A stretch of DNA of 62,475 nt, counting the filler, from Parachlamydiales bacterium (lineage in GTDB: Bacteria > Chlamydiota > Chlamydiia > Chlamydiales > Parachlamydiaceae): the NCBI GenBank assembly GCA_020051075.1. It is 5 parts of 5 records of this genome, joined end to end, with 100 filler letters (N's around TTAATTAATTAA, not from the genome) between each part and the next. Parts side by side here need not be neighbours in the genome. Positions count along the whole stretch, not along the records: positions 20,327 to 40,605 come from JAGVJP010000075.1; 4 more parts are not named here. The stretch is one strand, 5' to 3'. Under the pieces are notes generated by a model, which did no database searches, was not told where the DNA came from, and saw only the letters and a list, made by a program, of their open reading frames with translations. Both the position numbers and the translations under genes were made by a program. Below are positions 28,755 to 39,535 of the stretch, piece by piece (the first letter of the stretch is position 1; each line of letters begins with the position of its first letter).

Positions 28755-30209
28755 ATGAAGCCCAAAACCATTAAGTTAAAGAAAAATTTTATAGGTCGCG
28801 AATTTGAATATGAACGATTGAAAAAAATTGGCTCATCAGATGAAGCGAACATTATTATCATGTATGGACGCCGCAGGGTGGGGAAAACAGAGCTCCTTGA
28901 ACAAACGTTTAGAGACAGAAACATCCTAAAGTTTGAGGGCATAGAAAGTTTAACTGAAAAAGCACAATTTGCTAACGCAATGAGTCAATTGGCCGATTAC
29001 ACTGAAGAACCTCTTTTAGCAAAAACAGTGATTGAGAGCTGGCGAGAGTTTTTTATGATCCTCTCAAAGTATACGAGAAACGGCACATGGACGATTTATC
29101 TCGAAGAATTGCAGTGGTTGGCAAATTATAAAGATACCCTGGTTTCGGAGTTAAAATACGTTTGGGACAATTTTTTTCGGCAAAATCCCAATTTGATTTT
29201 AATCCTTTGTGGTTCCTCCCCTTCATTCATGATTGATCACGTATTGCATTCCAAAGCACTCTACAATAGATCTCAAGACGAATTCCATCTGAAGGAATTC
29301 ACTTTGCCAGAAATGAGAAAATTTCTGAAAAATCGAAACGAAAAAGAGGTCATGGATGCTTATTTAACCATTGGAGGAATTCCGGAATACCTTAAATGGG
29401 TCTCAACAGAATCCTCTGTGTTTTTGAATTTATGCAAGAATTCCTTCTTGAGTGGGTGTTTTTTTGCTCAAGAATATGAACGCATCTTCACGAGTAGTTT
29501 ATCCAAAAATAAGCACTATAAAGAAATCATCGAAATACTGAGTAAGAGGAAATTTGCCACGCGAAAAGAGCTCACTCAAGCTCTAAAAATGTCATCAGGG
29601 GGGACATTGAGCTCTCTTTTGCAAGATCTAGAAAAATCAGGACTCATTACTGCATACCATCCCTTTAATCTTGGGGAAAAAACGCTTCTTAAGCGTTATT
29701 CTATTGAAGATAATTATCTACAATTCTTTTTCAAGTTTATTGATCCCCTAAAGAAAAATATATCTTCTGGAGCCTATCTTCGCAATCCCCAAAGCGCACT
29801 TAAGCTCGATAGCTATGTCAAGTGGCTTGGATTTTCTTTTGAACGCTTTTGCCGCAAATATCATTACGTGATCGCTAGGATCTTACAATTTGCAGCAGTA
29901 AACTATCAATCAGGGGCATTTTTTAACAAGGCGACAGATGAGGAAAATCCGGGATACCAATTAGATTTGATCTTTGATCGAAGCGATAATGTTTGTACGG
30001 TTTGTGAAATTAAATATTTGAATGGGAAGGTCGGAACAAATGTGATCAACGAAATGGAAAAAAAACTTTCGATTTTTCCCTACACATCAAAGAAAACGAT
30101 TCATAAAGTATTAATTTGTAATGAAGGAGCTGATGAGAATCTATTAAAAAGGGCTTACTTTGATGATGTGATCACTCTACCGCAACTTATTGATCCGCGC
30201 AATTGGTAA
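28755..30209 (+). CDS. ATPase_2-type (archaeal ATPase family) P-loop protein with wHTH and C-terminal DUF234-like nuclease-fold domain
   Basis: FIGREFE, YGRRRVGKT, LEELQW, LCGSS, IGGIPEYL, C-terminal QLDLIFDRSDN...CEIKY. Confidence 0.85.
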   Translation: MKPKTIKLKKNFIGREFEYERLKKIGSSDEANIIIMYGRRRVGKTELLEQTFRDRNILKFEGIESLTEKAQFANAMSQLADYTEEPLLAKTVIESWREFFMILSKYTRNGTWTIYLEELQWLANYKDTLVSELKYVWDNFFRQNPNLILILCGSSPSFMIDHVLHSKALYNRSQDEFHLKEFTLPEMRKFLKNRNEKEVMDAYLTIGGIPEYLKWVSTESSVFLNLCKNSFLSGCFFAQEYERIFTSSLSKNKHYKEIIEILSKRKFATRKELTQALKMSSGGTLSSLLQDLEKSGLITAYHPFNLGEKTLLKRYSIEDNYLQFFFKFIDPLKKNISSGAYLRNPQSALKLDSYVKWLGFSFERFCRKYHYVIARILQFAAVNYQSGAFFNKATDEENPGYQLDLIFDRSDNVCTVCEIKYLNGKVGTNVINEMEKKLSIFPYTSKKTIHKVLICNEGADENLLKRAYFDDVITLPQLIDPRNW

Positions 30210-30233
30210 TTGAAGTGAAAGATGGGGAGGAAA

Positions 30234-31193
30234 TCATATCCCTTTCTGAATGATATCGTGCATATGCAAAAGGCCTAGAAGAGTTTGGTTTTCATCTACA
30301 ACAGGGAGCATCATCAACCGTCTGAGTGGGTCCCTTTCCATGAACTTCATGGCATCCCAAGCAAGCACATGCGGTCCAATCGAAGCGGGATTTCGAGTCA
30401 TGACATCCATCATTTCAGAAGATAACACCTCTCCCCCAACCTTTTGGAGCATTCTTCTGAGGTCGCCATCTGTAAAAATCCCTTTTAACTGCATCTTTTC
30501 ATCCACAACGAGGACACAACCGCACCGTTTATTAGACAGTTCCACGAGGACATCTCTTAATATTTCTTCCGGTCTGCATAAAGGGATTTTATCCCCGGTC
30601 AACATGAGATCTTTTACTCTAAATGTGATCCGCTTACCTAATTGGCCGGATGGATGGTTTAATGCAAATTCATCGATGGTAAAATTCTTTCGTTTCATTA
30701 AAGCAATGGCTAAAAGATCTCCAAACAGCATTTGTGAGACTGTTGAAGTTGTTGGAGCCATATTATATGGACAAAGCTCGCCCTGAAAAGGGAGAATGAT
30801 TGTTTCATGGCAAGCTGCCCCTAAACGGGAATCGGGTTTACAGAGAACGCCGACAACTTTTGCCCCCTTATTGCGAATCGCTGGGACCAGGGTAATCAGT
30901 TCGTCACTTTCGCCACTCTTGCTTAAAATAATAAAGGTGTCGTTTTGGGATACCATGCCCAAATCGCCATGCACAGCATCTGTTGGAGATAAATAAAACG
31001 CCCTCGTTCCAGTAGAAACCATGGTAAAGGCAATTTTCTTTGCAACGAGACCGCTCTTACCAACTCCTGTAAAAAAAACAACCCCGGAACAGTTCAACAG
31101 CATCTGAACAATTTTTTCAATCGAAGCGAGGCCGAGATTTCGGAAGAAATAATCGATATTCCCCTGCTGTTGTTTTAATAATTCTTCCAACAT
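30234..31193 (-). CDS. kdsD: Arabinose-5-phosphate isomerase (KpsF/GutQ family, SIS + 2 CBS)
   Basis: TGVGKSG, HGDLG, SKSGESDE, APTTST, NHPSGQLG, GIFTDGDLRR. Confidence 0.93.
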   Translation of the reverse strand: MLEELLKQQQGNIDYFFRNLGLASIEKIVQMLLNCSGVVFFTGVGKSGLVAKKIAFTMVSTGTRAFYLSPTDAVHGDLGMVSQNDTFIILSKSGESDELITLVPAIRNKGAKVVGVLCKPDSRLGAACHETIILPFQGELCPYNMAPTTSTVSQMLFGDLLAIALMKRKNFTIDEFALNHPSGQLGKRITFRVKDLMLTGDKIPLCRPEEILRDVLVELSNKRCGCVLVVDEKMQLKGIFTDGDLRRMLQKVGGEVLSSEMMDVMTRNPASIGPHVLAWDAMKFMERDPLRRLMMLPVVDENQTLLGLLHMHDIIQKGI

Positions 31194-31268
31194 GACATTG
31201 TCCCTTAGTTTTTCTTCACTTTTTGGGATGAATATTAAACGAATAGAAGTTTAGTCTCAAGCTTTGGT

Positions 31269-31443
31269 TTTTCGTGCCCGTGCCCGATTGCCCCTTTTCG
31301 TCCCCGTGCCCGTGCCCGAATTTGTCGTGATCAGTCGCGATATTCCAGAGTTTCTCAGGCAATTTTTCGGGCTCGGGTTCGTTCTCGAAAAGGGGCAATC
31401 GGGCAGGGGCACGGGCAGGGGCACGAAAAGGGACAATCGGGCA
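31269..31443. repeat. Palindromic element of GTGCCC/GGGCAC units between divergent kdsD and icd
   Basis: ttttcgtgcccgtgcccgattgccccttttcg ... cgaaaaggggcaatcgggcaggggcacgggcaggggcacgaaaa. Confidence 0.8.
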
Positions 31444-31592
31444 GTGTACGAATCTTCTGATAAAAACGCTTGCTTAGTGACTGACTTGCAACTATGATGC
31501 GATTATCATCATAGTGGATAAAAAACTGAATTCTCGGCCTAAGACTCGAGCACGAAAAACACCACTACGATGTGAATATAACAGGAGTTATC

Positions 31593-33029
31593 ATGCCGAA
31601 AAAAAAGACCCCTATAGCCGTGGCAGCAGGAGACGGGATTGGTCCTGAAATCATGGAAGCAACCCTAAACATTTTAGATAAAGCTGGGGCAGCTCTTGAT
31701 ATTCAACATGTTGAAATTGGTGAAAAGGTCTATCTCCAAGGAGAATTGACAGGGATTGCCCCTGCGACTTGGGATGTGATTCGCGACGCAAAAGCTTTTT
31801 TGAAAGGCCCCATCACGACTCCACAAGGAGGAGGGTTTAAGAGCTTAAACGTCACCATTCGGACAGCATTAGGACTTTATGCAAATATCCGTCCTTGCGT
31901 CGCCTATTACCCTTTTGTCAACACGAAACATCCAGGGATGAATGTCGTCATCGTAAGGGAAAATGAAGAAGACCTCTATATGGGAATAGAATATCGGCAA
32001 ACTCCCGAGTGTTTTGAAGCATTGAAAATGATGACCCGTCTGGGATGCGAACGAATCATCCGCTACGCCTTTGAATACGCGTTAACAAATGAGCGGAAAA
32101 AGGTCACCTGCTTCACCAAAGATAACATTCTAAAGCTGTCCGATGGCTTATTTCATAAAACCTTCGAGGAAATCGGACTTGAATATCCGCAGTTAGAAAA
32201 AGAACATTGGATCATTGATATCGGGGCAGCAAAACTCGCCGACACTCCAGAAGCTTTTGATGTGATTGTGATGCCAAATTTATATGGCGATATTTTATCC
32301 GACGTCGCTGCACAAATCGCCGGTTCAGTCGGACTAGCCGGATCAGCGAATATTGGCACTTCAGGGGCCATGTTTGAAGCGATCCACGGATCAGCTCCTC
32401 GTCGTGCAGGGCAGAATCTAGCTAATCCCTCAGGACTATTATTAGCAGCCGTACAGATGCTGATCCATATCGGTCAACCTGACTGTGCCACCCTCGTCCA
32501 CAATGCATGGTTAAAAACCTTAGAAGATGGCGTCCATACCTACGATATCTATAAAGAGAAAATCAGCAAAGAAAAGGTCGGAACGAAAGAATTCGCAGAG
32601 GCAGTGGAAAGCCGCATTGGAGAAAAACCGGATCAACTCCCAAGCGTCCACTATACCTCTCATCAGCCCATCAAACATACTGCAAAAAGCAAAAAGAAAG
32701 GTGAGCATAAAAAAGAGCTCGTCGGGATTGATCTTTTTATTCAGTGGGATTCGTCCCTGGATACCCTACTGCCAAAAGTCTCTTCGATTGATCATCCTTA
32801 TCTGGAATTGAAGATGATCAGTAACCGAGGAGTCAAAGTATGGCCAGAGAGACATCCGGAAACGATCTGCTGCGATAACTGGCGCTGCAGGTTTATCCGA
32901 AAAGACAGCACGCGATCGCTTACACAAGACGAGGTTCTCACACTTCTCAAGAAATTCGCTGACAGCAACCTTGAGCTTGTTCAAACGCACTTCCTCAGTC
33001 TTTATGATGGACATCCAGGGTATACGTAA
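31593..33029 (+). CDS. icd: NADP-dependent isocitrate dehydrogenase (long form with C-terminal extension)
   Basis: GDGIGPEI, PITTPQGGGFKSLNV, RENEEDLY, NLYGDILSD, FEAIHGSAP, MISNRGVKVWP; AGGAG RBS before ATG 31593. Confidence 0.95.
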   Translation: MPKKKTPIAVAAGDGIGPEIMEATLNILDKAGAALDIQHVEIGEKVYLQGELTGIAPATWDVIRDAKAFLKGPITTPQGGGFKSLNVTIRTALGLYANIRPCVAYYPFVNTKHPGMNVVIVRENEEDLYMGIEYRQTPECFEALKMMTRLGCERIIRYAFEYALTNERKKVTCFTKDNILKLSDGLFHKTFEEIGLEYPQLEKEHWIIDIGAAKLADTPEAFDVIVMPNLYGDILSDVAAQIAGSVGLAGSANIGTSGAMFEAIHGSAPRRAGQNLANPSGLLLAAVQMLIHIGQPDCATLVHNAWLKTLEDGVHTYDIYKEKISKEKVGTKEFAEAVESRIGEKPDQLPSVHYTSHQPIKHTAKSKKKGEHKKELVGIDLFIQWDSSLDTLLPKVSSIDHPYLELKMISNRGVKVWPERHPETICCDNWRCRFIRKDSTRSLTQDEVLTLLKKFADSNLELVQTHFLSLYDGHPGYT

Positions 33030-33031
33030 CG

Positions 33032-34261
33032 TTAGCCTTCTGTGGATTCAAAAGCAACGAGTTCTGAATGATTATACTGCCGTTCGTCAAGCTCCCCTTC
33101 TTGCTTGGCAATGAAGACAGTCACGGCAGCATCGCCAAGGATGTTGAGGACCGTCGTCACCATTTCGCGGAGCCGATCGATTCCAGCGAGAAGGCCAATC
33201 CCTTCAGGTGGCAAGCCGACAGAAATTAAGACTGCGGAGAGCATCAAAAAGCCGCCACCAGGAACGCCCGCGGTGCCAATGGCAGACAAAGTGGCTGTCA
33301 GAAAAACGGTCAAATAGCCAGAAACACCTAAAGAGATTCCATAAGCGTTAGCGATGAAAACAGCACTCATGGCTTGATAAATGGCTGTGCCATTCATGTT
33401 CATTGTGATGCCTAAGGGAAGAACAAAACCAGAGATATTTTTTGAGGCCCCGAGGTTTTCTTGCGCACAGTGCATCGCCACCGGCAAAGTAGCAGCGCTG
33501 CTGCAAGTAGAGAATGCCATCATAATTGCGTCGCCCATGCCTTTGAAAAAAGGAAGTAATTTAAGCTTAGCAATCCCCCTCAAAAGCCCTCCATAGACTA
33601 CAAGCAATTGAAACACACAAACGAGATAGTAGAGCCCTAAGAACCTAAGCAAATGCTTAATCAGGTCAAAGCCAAACTCGCCAGCTACCCACGCCATAAT
33701 CCCAAACACTCCGATGGGAGAGAATTCCATAATGATCGATGTTAAGCGATACATCACATCGGCAAGCGATTCAAGCAAGTGAAGAAGAGGCTTTCCTTTA
33801 TCTCCTGAGAAATTGATCGCAACACCAAGGAAAATCGAAAAAACAATGATTTGAAGAATATTGCCATTGACCATCGCTGCAATAGGGTTGCTAGGAACAA
33901 TCGACATGAGAATGCTCCCCACCGATTGTGCCTCTGGAGGAATGACTTGAGAGAGTTCCTTGTTAATTCCTTGACCAACCCCGAACAGAGAAGCAATCAA
34001 AAGGCCTGTTGAAATGGCGATTAGGGTCGTGGTGAAATAGATGCCCATTGTTTTTAAGCCCACACGGCCTAATTTTTTTGGGTCGTGCATTCTGGTAATC
34101 CCAACGGCCATGGAGGCGAAAATAAGCAAGACGATGATCATATTGATCAAATTCAAGAAAATCGTCCCCAGGGGCTTTAAATAGATAGAATTTTCCCCCA
34201 GGATGGTACCAACCAACACTCCTAGAATCATTCCAATAAATATTTTCATCCACAATTTCAT
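33032..34261 (-). CDS. Dicarboxylate/amino acid:cation symporter (DAACS, GltP-like)
   Basis: AFSTCSSAATLP, PLGITMNMNGT, IGTAGVPGG, IDRLREM. Confidence 0.92.
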   Translation of the reverse strand: MKLWMKIFIGMILGVLVGTILGENSIYLKPLGTIFLNLINMIIVLLIFASMAVGITRMHDPKKLGRVGLKTMGIYFTTTLIAISTGLLIASLFGVGQGINKELSQVIPPEAQSVGSILMSIVPSNPIAAMVNGNILQIIVFSIFLGVAINFSGDKGKPLLHLLESLADVMYRLTSIIMEFSPIGVFGIMAWVAGEFGFDLIKHLLRFLGLYYLVCVFQLLVVYGGLLRGIAKLKLLPFFKGMGDAIMMAFSTCSSAATLPVAMHCAQENLGASKNISGFVLPLGITMNMNGTAIYQAMSAVFIANAYGISLGVSGYLTVFLTATLSAIGTAGVPGGGFLMLSAVLISVGLPPEGIGLLAGIDRLREMVTTVLNILGDAAVTVFIAKQEGELDERQYNHSELVAFESTEG

Positions 34262-34307
34262 CAATAACCTTCTATCCCCTTAGTAACTTTGAAAACCAAC
34301 ACTCGGA

Positions 34308-35414
34308 TCAGTAGATTTTTTCCTCTGCTTTTGCTAGAAAATTGAGCCAATCTCCTTGCCCCTCAATCATCCGAAGATCCATTTGCACCCAGAGGATTGG
34401 CAATGAAAGTTCTAAATGATTTTCAAGCTTTGTGCAATCCTTTTCTGTGCAGATGATCCATTTTGCCCCTTTTTGCTCGCTTTCCAATGCAAATAGTTCG
34501 AGCTTAGACTTAATAAATTCATCGTGATCGGGCATCACGGATTCGTTTACAACGTTAAGACCTGCCTGTTCAAGAGTAATCTTAAAGTAGTCAGGATTCG
34601 CAATCGCACAAAACATTCCCACTTGAGTTTGTGGAGGCAGCGATACTTTATCCCCCTTAAGATCTCGAATCGACTGCACTTCGCTGACAGTGGCGATGAC
34701 GGAGGCTGAAGTGAACGGCTTCAGCAGTGCTTTAATGGCGTTAAATTCAGATAAATCTTTAACATGGTTCAGCACAATAAGACTTGCTCGAGACAGTCCT
34801 CGGATATCCTCTCTCAACAATCCTCTAGGTAAGAAATGGCCTTGCCCAAAAGGGTCTCTTGCATCGATCACGACAACATCAAAATCCCTTGCGAGGCTTC
34901 GATGCTGAAAACCGTCGTCAAGGAGGATCACTTGAGCTCCTCTTTTAGCAGCTAAAATAGCAGCTCTTTTTCTATTTCCTCCGACGATAACAGTCGCAAA
35001 TGGAAGGCGCTGAGCCAGGAGATAGGGCTCATCACCGCAATAAGATGCAGGGAAAAGAGGGCCATTCCCTTCCGATAAAATGAGAGGCTCCTCCAATTTT
35101 TCCGCTTTCGACCGATAGCCACGCGACAAAATTGCTAGAGAAAACCGCTTATAAAATGCAGAAGCTACCATCAGAGTGGTTGGAGTCTTGCCAGTCCCTC
35201 CAACAACAATATTGCCCACACTGATCACTAGAGGGACAGGAGGGACATATCTGCGCATCCACCCATTGTCATAAAGCCAGTTTCGGACTGTAACAGCAGC
35301 ACCATACAACCAGCTCATTGGAAGAAATAGAATCTTTATAACAAAAGGGATAAACCCCTTTTTTTTTCCTCGAATGACATCGATGAGATAGAGTTCTAAT
35401 TGATTTAATTTCAT
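34308..35414 (-). CDS. lpxK: Tetraacyldisaccharide 4'-kinase
   Basis: VGNIVVGGTGKTP, LSRGY, GDEP, LDDGFQH, LPRGLLRE, TEKD. Confidence 0.95.
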   Translation of the reverse strand: MKLNQLELYLIDVIRGKKKGFIPFVIKILFLPMSWLYGAAVTVRNWLYDNGWMRRYVPPVPLVISVGNIVVGGTGKTPTTLMVASAFYKRFSLAILSRGYRSKAEKLEEPLILSEGNGPLFPASYCGDEPYLLAQRLPFATVIVGGNRKRAAILAAKRGAQVILLDDGFQHRSLARDFDVVVIDARDPFGQGHFLPRGLLREDIRGLSRASLIVLNHVKDLSEFNAIKALLKPFTSASVIATVSEVQSIRDLKGDKVSLPPQTQVGMFCAIANPDYFKITLEQAGLNVVNESVMPDHDEFIKSKLELFALESEQKGAKWIICTEKDCTKLENHLELSLPILWVQMDLRMIEGQGDWLNFLAKAEEKIY

Positions 35415-35420
35415 CGCCAG

Positions 35421-36026
35421 TTAATCTTGTAATTGAGCAGCAGGTAAATGATCTGAGTAAAACAACAGATGCTCTACCTGCTCGATAATCAGATGAATCG
35501 CTGTCATGTGTGCTTCTTGAATCCGATCAGAGGATGTAAAGCCCTCGATGATGAGTTCAAAATCAGCGATTCCTTTAAGAGCCCCGCCCCCTTTTCCGAG
35601 AAATGCAACCGTTTGCAACCCCTGGCGTTGAGCTTCTTCGAAGGCACGGATGATGTTTGGAGATTTGCCGCTTGTTGTCAGTCCAATAAAGATGTCCCCT
35701 GGCTGGCTATAGGCTTCAACTCCCCTGGCGAAGACCCATTCAAATCCAAGATCATTACCCGTACAGGTAATGTGTCCTGGATCGGCTAAGGCTATAGCAG
35801 GGAGCGGGCGGCGAGCCTGACGGAACAGGCCGGTCAGCTCCTCTGCAAAGTGCATGGCATCGCACAAACTTCCACCATTCCCTGCAACAAGGATTTTATT
35901 TCCTCTGCTGAAGCAGGCCGCCATCGCATGGACAACCTGCTGCATGAAAAGAAGCGAACCCGGCTGCTTCAACTGATGGATAGCGTCTATACAGTCATCG
36001 ATTGCTGCCACTAATTTGTCTTGCAT
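35421..36026 (-). CDS. gmhA: Sedoheptulose-7-phosphate isomerase
   Basis: GNGGSLCDAMHFAEEL, GNDLGF, TSGKSPN, DRIQEAH. Confidence 0.95.
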   Translation of the reverse strand: MQDKLVAAIDDCIDAIHQLKQPGSLLFMQQVVHAMAACFSRGNKILVAGNGGSLCDAMHFAEELTGLFRQARRPLPAIALADPGHITCTGNDLGFEWVFARGVEAYSQPGDIFIGLTTSGKSPNIIRAFEEAQRQGLQTVAFLGKGGGALKGIADFELIIEGFTSSDRIQEAHMTAIHLIIEQVEHLLFYSDHLPAAQLQD

Positions 36027-36044
36027 CGTCTAATCTCTCACTCT

Positions 36045-36800
36045 CTATTGAGACAGGGCACGATTAATAAAGTGCTTGACATCACAACCTCCAGCACAAA
36101 CGCCTGGATCCAAGATAAACTCGACATGATCACCTGTTAGCGAATTGGAGATTGTCAGAGTGGGAGAAGCGTCTAAAGCACCTGATAAAGAGGTGATAAA
36201 ATACCCTACAGTATAAGAGCCTAGCAATGACTCTGGACCAATGACGATAGAATATGGAATGTCGTCTAATCCGATTTCACCTTCTACAGTTTCCTGGGAT
36301 TGATCTGGCAGAGTGACAACGGCGACAAAAGTCCCTTTCGAATTGCTTTGCGCATTGGGATTAAAGCTGAAAGTTAACGTAGCTTCTGTCTTTTGTATTG
36401 ATAAACCTGCACCTTGGAGTCCTTCTTTGCCAGGTAAGCCTCGCATTCCTGTCTTGCCAGGTAAGCCTCGTATTCCTGGTTTACCATCAGAGCCTTGAGG
36501 ACCAGCAGGACCTTGAGGACCAGCAGGGCCTTGAATGCCTTGAGGGCCTTGAGGGCCAGCAGGACCTGCAGTCCTTTTGTTCGTCTCACGATGCCCCTTT
36601 GTTGGTGCATTCTTTTTCGTTGGCTGCGGCCTTTGTTTTGTGTTTTTTGCTCTATTCACTCCGCCTTGCACAAGAGCGTTGGGAGGAGAATTCTGAATGA
36701 CATCCTCATCGTTGAACGAAAGAAGAGGCTCGGCGCCTAGATGAATTTGGAGAAGGAAGCAGCTGAGAAACATGAACTTCCACAACGATATGTTATGCAT
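36045..36800 (-). CDS. Exported collagen-like protein
   Basis: Signal-like N-terminus; ~17 consecutive Gly-X-Y triplets ([12 protein letters not shown]...GKEGLQ); beta-rich C-terminal domain. Confidence 0.85.
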   Translation of the reverse strand: MHNISLWKFMFLSCFLLQIHLGAEPLLSFNDEDVIQNSPPNALVQGGVNRAKNTKQRPQPTKKNAPTKGHRETNKRTAGPAGPQGPQGIQGPAGPQGPAGPQGSDGKPGIRGLPGKTGMRGLPGKEGLQGAGLSIQKTEATLTFSFNPNAQSNSKGTFVAVVTLPDQSQETVEGEIGLDDIPYSIVIGPESLLGSYTVGYFITSLSGALDASPTLTISNSLTGDHVEFILDPGVCAGGCDVKHFINRALSQ

Positions 36801-37099
36801 AATACGACTCCTTAATTTAGAACATGGAAATTAGAACATGTGAACAGGATGGGAAGAATGAGAAAATAATTCAAGTAAAAAAACAGGTAACTATTTACCT
36901 CCCAACTTACTCAAACCTGAGAAGCACATTTTTAAAGGACTTAAAGGGCTCTCTTAAAAATGTTCTTCTCAAGCTAATATTTGTAAAAAATTGTTATAAG
37001 CAAACAAAAGCTAATATTGGTATTTCTTTCTGGTTGCTGAAAAGTGACCTTATGATTAAAATGAGGTTTTAGTCATTTATAAAAACATAAGGAGCCTGT

Positions 37100-37483
37100 A
37101 TGAAAATCTCAAAATTTATGCCAATCATGGCAATGACCCTTTTACTCATCTGTTTTTCTTTCCCTGAGCTGTCCGCTAAAGGGCAAAGGTGCAAAACTGT
37201 GAGGGTGAAGAAAAGCTGTCGGTCCAGTTCGTTTAACGTTAATCTGAATGTGGACAGCTCTCCGAACTATGTTGCGTATGCACCGCCAGCTTATGTTGCC
37301 CCAGCTCCCTATTACCAGAGTGTGACCACCTACAACACTCCGTATCAAAGTGTGACTACATACAGCGCCCCCTGCGCTCCCCCAGCTGTTTATTATCCTT
37401 GTTATCCTCAGCCTGTCGTTGTTGAACGGCGGCCAAGTGTTGGCGTTTATTTTCAACCAAGTTTCTCTTACTGGAGATATTAA
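37100..37483 (+). CDS. Small exported Pro/Tyr-rich hypothetical protein
   Basis: AAGGAG RBS, signal-like leader, duplicated YQSVTTY. Confidence 0.75.
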   Translation: MKISKFMPIMAMTLLLICFSFPELSAKGQRCKTVRVKKSCRSSSFNVNLNVDSSPNYVAYAPPAYVAPAPYYQSVTTYNTPYQSVTTYSAPCAPPAVYYPCYPQPVVVERRPSVGVYFQPSFSYWRY

Positions 37484-37488
37484 AATCT

Positions 37489-38736
37489 ATGTGGATTTCT
37501 GCCATCGCATTCTGCATTGCATTAGCCGCTAAATGGGTGATTCCTGACGCTCTGAACACCCCTTCTCATGACCTTATTCTGATCCTTGTCGTCAGCGGAT
37601 CTCTTATCCTTTTAGGAACGATTTTTCTCAAAGGTGTCATCCTCGCTCCAATCGAACATCTCGAACAAAATCTGATTCCAAATTTGATGTCCCTGTTTCA
37701 TCGCCGTTCTTCGATTTCATTCTGTCAATTTTTTCTCTTTCTATTTCCACTTGTCTCTTTTGCAATCGCTGTTTTCCTGTCAAACCTTGAGGGACGTTAT
37801 TTAGAGTACATCTTTTTAGGATGGATCATCTTTTTCGGTATCAGCCTCGACTGTCTTCGCCACATATGGTTCCATTCCACGCAGCTATTAACGCCAGCAA
37901 ACTGTGTCAATCACTTTTTGTCGGAGGCAAAAAAAGCTGTTAAAAGTGACAATGACGAGATGCTGTGGCATAACATAGATAATTTATCGGAAACAGCCCT
38001 CAGGGCAGTGGAGAAAAGCAAATTGGCTTTGAGTTTACAGGCCTTGCAAGCTTTTCCCCCTATCATGCATAGTTTCTTTGATTCATCGAAGAGCATCAGC
38101 CGTGTGAATCAAGACGAAGAGATCGAAAAGAGGACAGGACGGGATGAAACGAGTTTCACGATTTTCTATCTTCTTCAACGACTGGAGTTGATTTACGACA
38201 AAGCTTTACAAAACAAACTAGAAACAGTGTGCAGGCAAATGGTGATGATCATGGGTAAAATCATCGTTTATGCTGCAAAACTAGATCTTTCCCTTGTGAG
38301 CTTTCCCACACACTTCCTCACAAAATTTGGATTAAAGGCGCAACAGTATCACTTTGATGAGGTTGGAGTTTTGACAACGAGCACGCTTTTAGAAATAGCA
38401 AAAACGATTGTCAATGATATCGACCTCACGTACACGGAGCTTCAGGAGCCCGTTCAATCCATTATCAATGGTTTGACAGCTCTTGCCAAAGGGACGTTTA
38501 AAAAAGATAAAACGACGAACATCCCAGTTCTGGTCAAGCCTTTAGAAGATCTCAGAGCTCTATTTCTGCAAGAGAAGATGAGCCGGCATAGAGACACGCC
38601 TGCAATATTAGGCGATATAGACACCGCCCTTGGAGAATTTGGCGTGTTAGCAGAAATGATGCAGGTCATCCCTTCCTTCGGCGGCGCGACCCAGGAAGGG
38701 GCTTCATTGTTTGAGCCACCCACCAATCCAGTTTAA
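37489..38736 (+). CDS. Hypothetical membrane protein (N-terminal TMs, helical C-terminus)
   Basis: 415-aa ORF starting 5 nt after the previous stop. Confidence 0.75.
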   Translation: MWISAIAFCIALAAKWVIPDALNTPSHDLILILVVSGSLILLGTIFLKGVILAPIEHLEQNLIPNLMSLFHRRSSISFCQFFLFLFPLVSFAIAVFLSNLEGRYLEYIFLGWIIFFGISLDCLRHIWFHSTQLLTPANCVNHFLSEAKKAVKSDNDEMLWHNIDNLSETALRAVEKSKLALSLQALQAFPPIMHSFFDSSKSISRVNQDEEIEKRTGRDETSFTIFYLLQRLELIYDKALQNKLETVCRQMVMIMGKIIVYAAKLDLSLVSFPTHFLTKFGLKAQQYHFDEVGVLTTSTLLEIAKTIVNDIDLTYTELQEPVQSIINGLTALAKGTFKKDKTTNIPVLVKPLEDLRALFLQEKMSRHRDTPAILGDIDTALGEFGVLAEMMQVIPSFGGATQEGASLFEPPTNPV

Positions 38737-38753
38737 CCCTACAAGATAAACTA

Positions 38754-38890
38754 GATAGGCAAAAGGGGCAAAACAGGATAGGCAAGATCGCTTCGCGGCA
38801 TGATAGGCAGGATAGAAAAAATCTTTTCCTATCCTGCCTATCATGCCGCGAAGCGATCTTGCCTATCCTGTTTTGCCCCTTTTGCCTATC
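38754..38890. repeat. Perfect 62-bp inverted repeat (13-nt loop), family B, between convergent genes
   Basis: 38754-38815 is the exact reverse complement of 38829-38890. Confidence 0.95.
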
Positions 38891-38893
38891 CTG

Positions 38894-39535
38894 TTAAATG
38901 TGATTTGAGGGTGCTTCGACGGTGATGAGTTGTCGTGTGATGGGGTGTGGGAAAGTCATTTTCCGATGATGGAGAGCGATCGCCCCTTCCTCAAAGTCTT
39001 GCATCGACCCATATTTCCTATCTCCTCTGATGGGACAGCCAATGGCGGCAAGCTGGGCCCGAATTTGATGATACCGTCCGGTCTCAAGCCTGACCTCTAT
39101 CAAGGAATACTCCGCTTGGTGTGTTAAAACCTGGTAATGCAGCCGAGCTTTTTTCGCTCCTGGATAATTTTCGGGGACGACAAGGGCAGCATGTTCCCCA
39201 TGAAACAGATGATGTTCCAATACCCCCTCTGATGCTGGCGGGGAGCCTTCCACCCAAGCCCAATAAATCTTTTCAACCTCTTTCGACCTTAAAGAAGCGT
39301 GCATTCGGCTAAGTGCTTTGCTCGTTTTACAGAAGACGACCACTCCGCTGACAGGTTTATCCAACCGGTGGACAGCTTCTAAAAAAACATTTCCTGGTTT
39401 ATGATAAACGGCTTTAATCCAAGCTTTAGCGACCTCTTCAAGACTTGTCTGTTCAGTGCCGCTGGGCTGTGTCAGCCATCCAGCAGGCTTATTCAAGACC
39501 AATAGATGGTTATCTTCATACAGTGGTTTGATCAT
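38894..39535 (-). CDS. RluA-family pseudouridine synthase
   Basis: NKPAG, VHRLDKPVSG, LETGRYHQIR, GDRKYG. Confidence 0.93.
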   Translation of the reverse strand: MIKPLYEDNHLLVLNKPAGWLTQPSGTEQTSLEEVAKAWIKAVYHKPGNVFLEAVHRLDKPVSGVVVFCKTSKALSRMHASLRSKEVEKIYWAWVEGSPPASEGVLEHHLFHGEHAALVVPENYPGAKKARLHYQVLTHQAEYSLIEVRLETGRYHQIRAQLAAIGCPIRGDRKYGSMQDFEEGAIALHHRKMTFPHPITRQLITVEAPSNHI

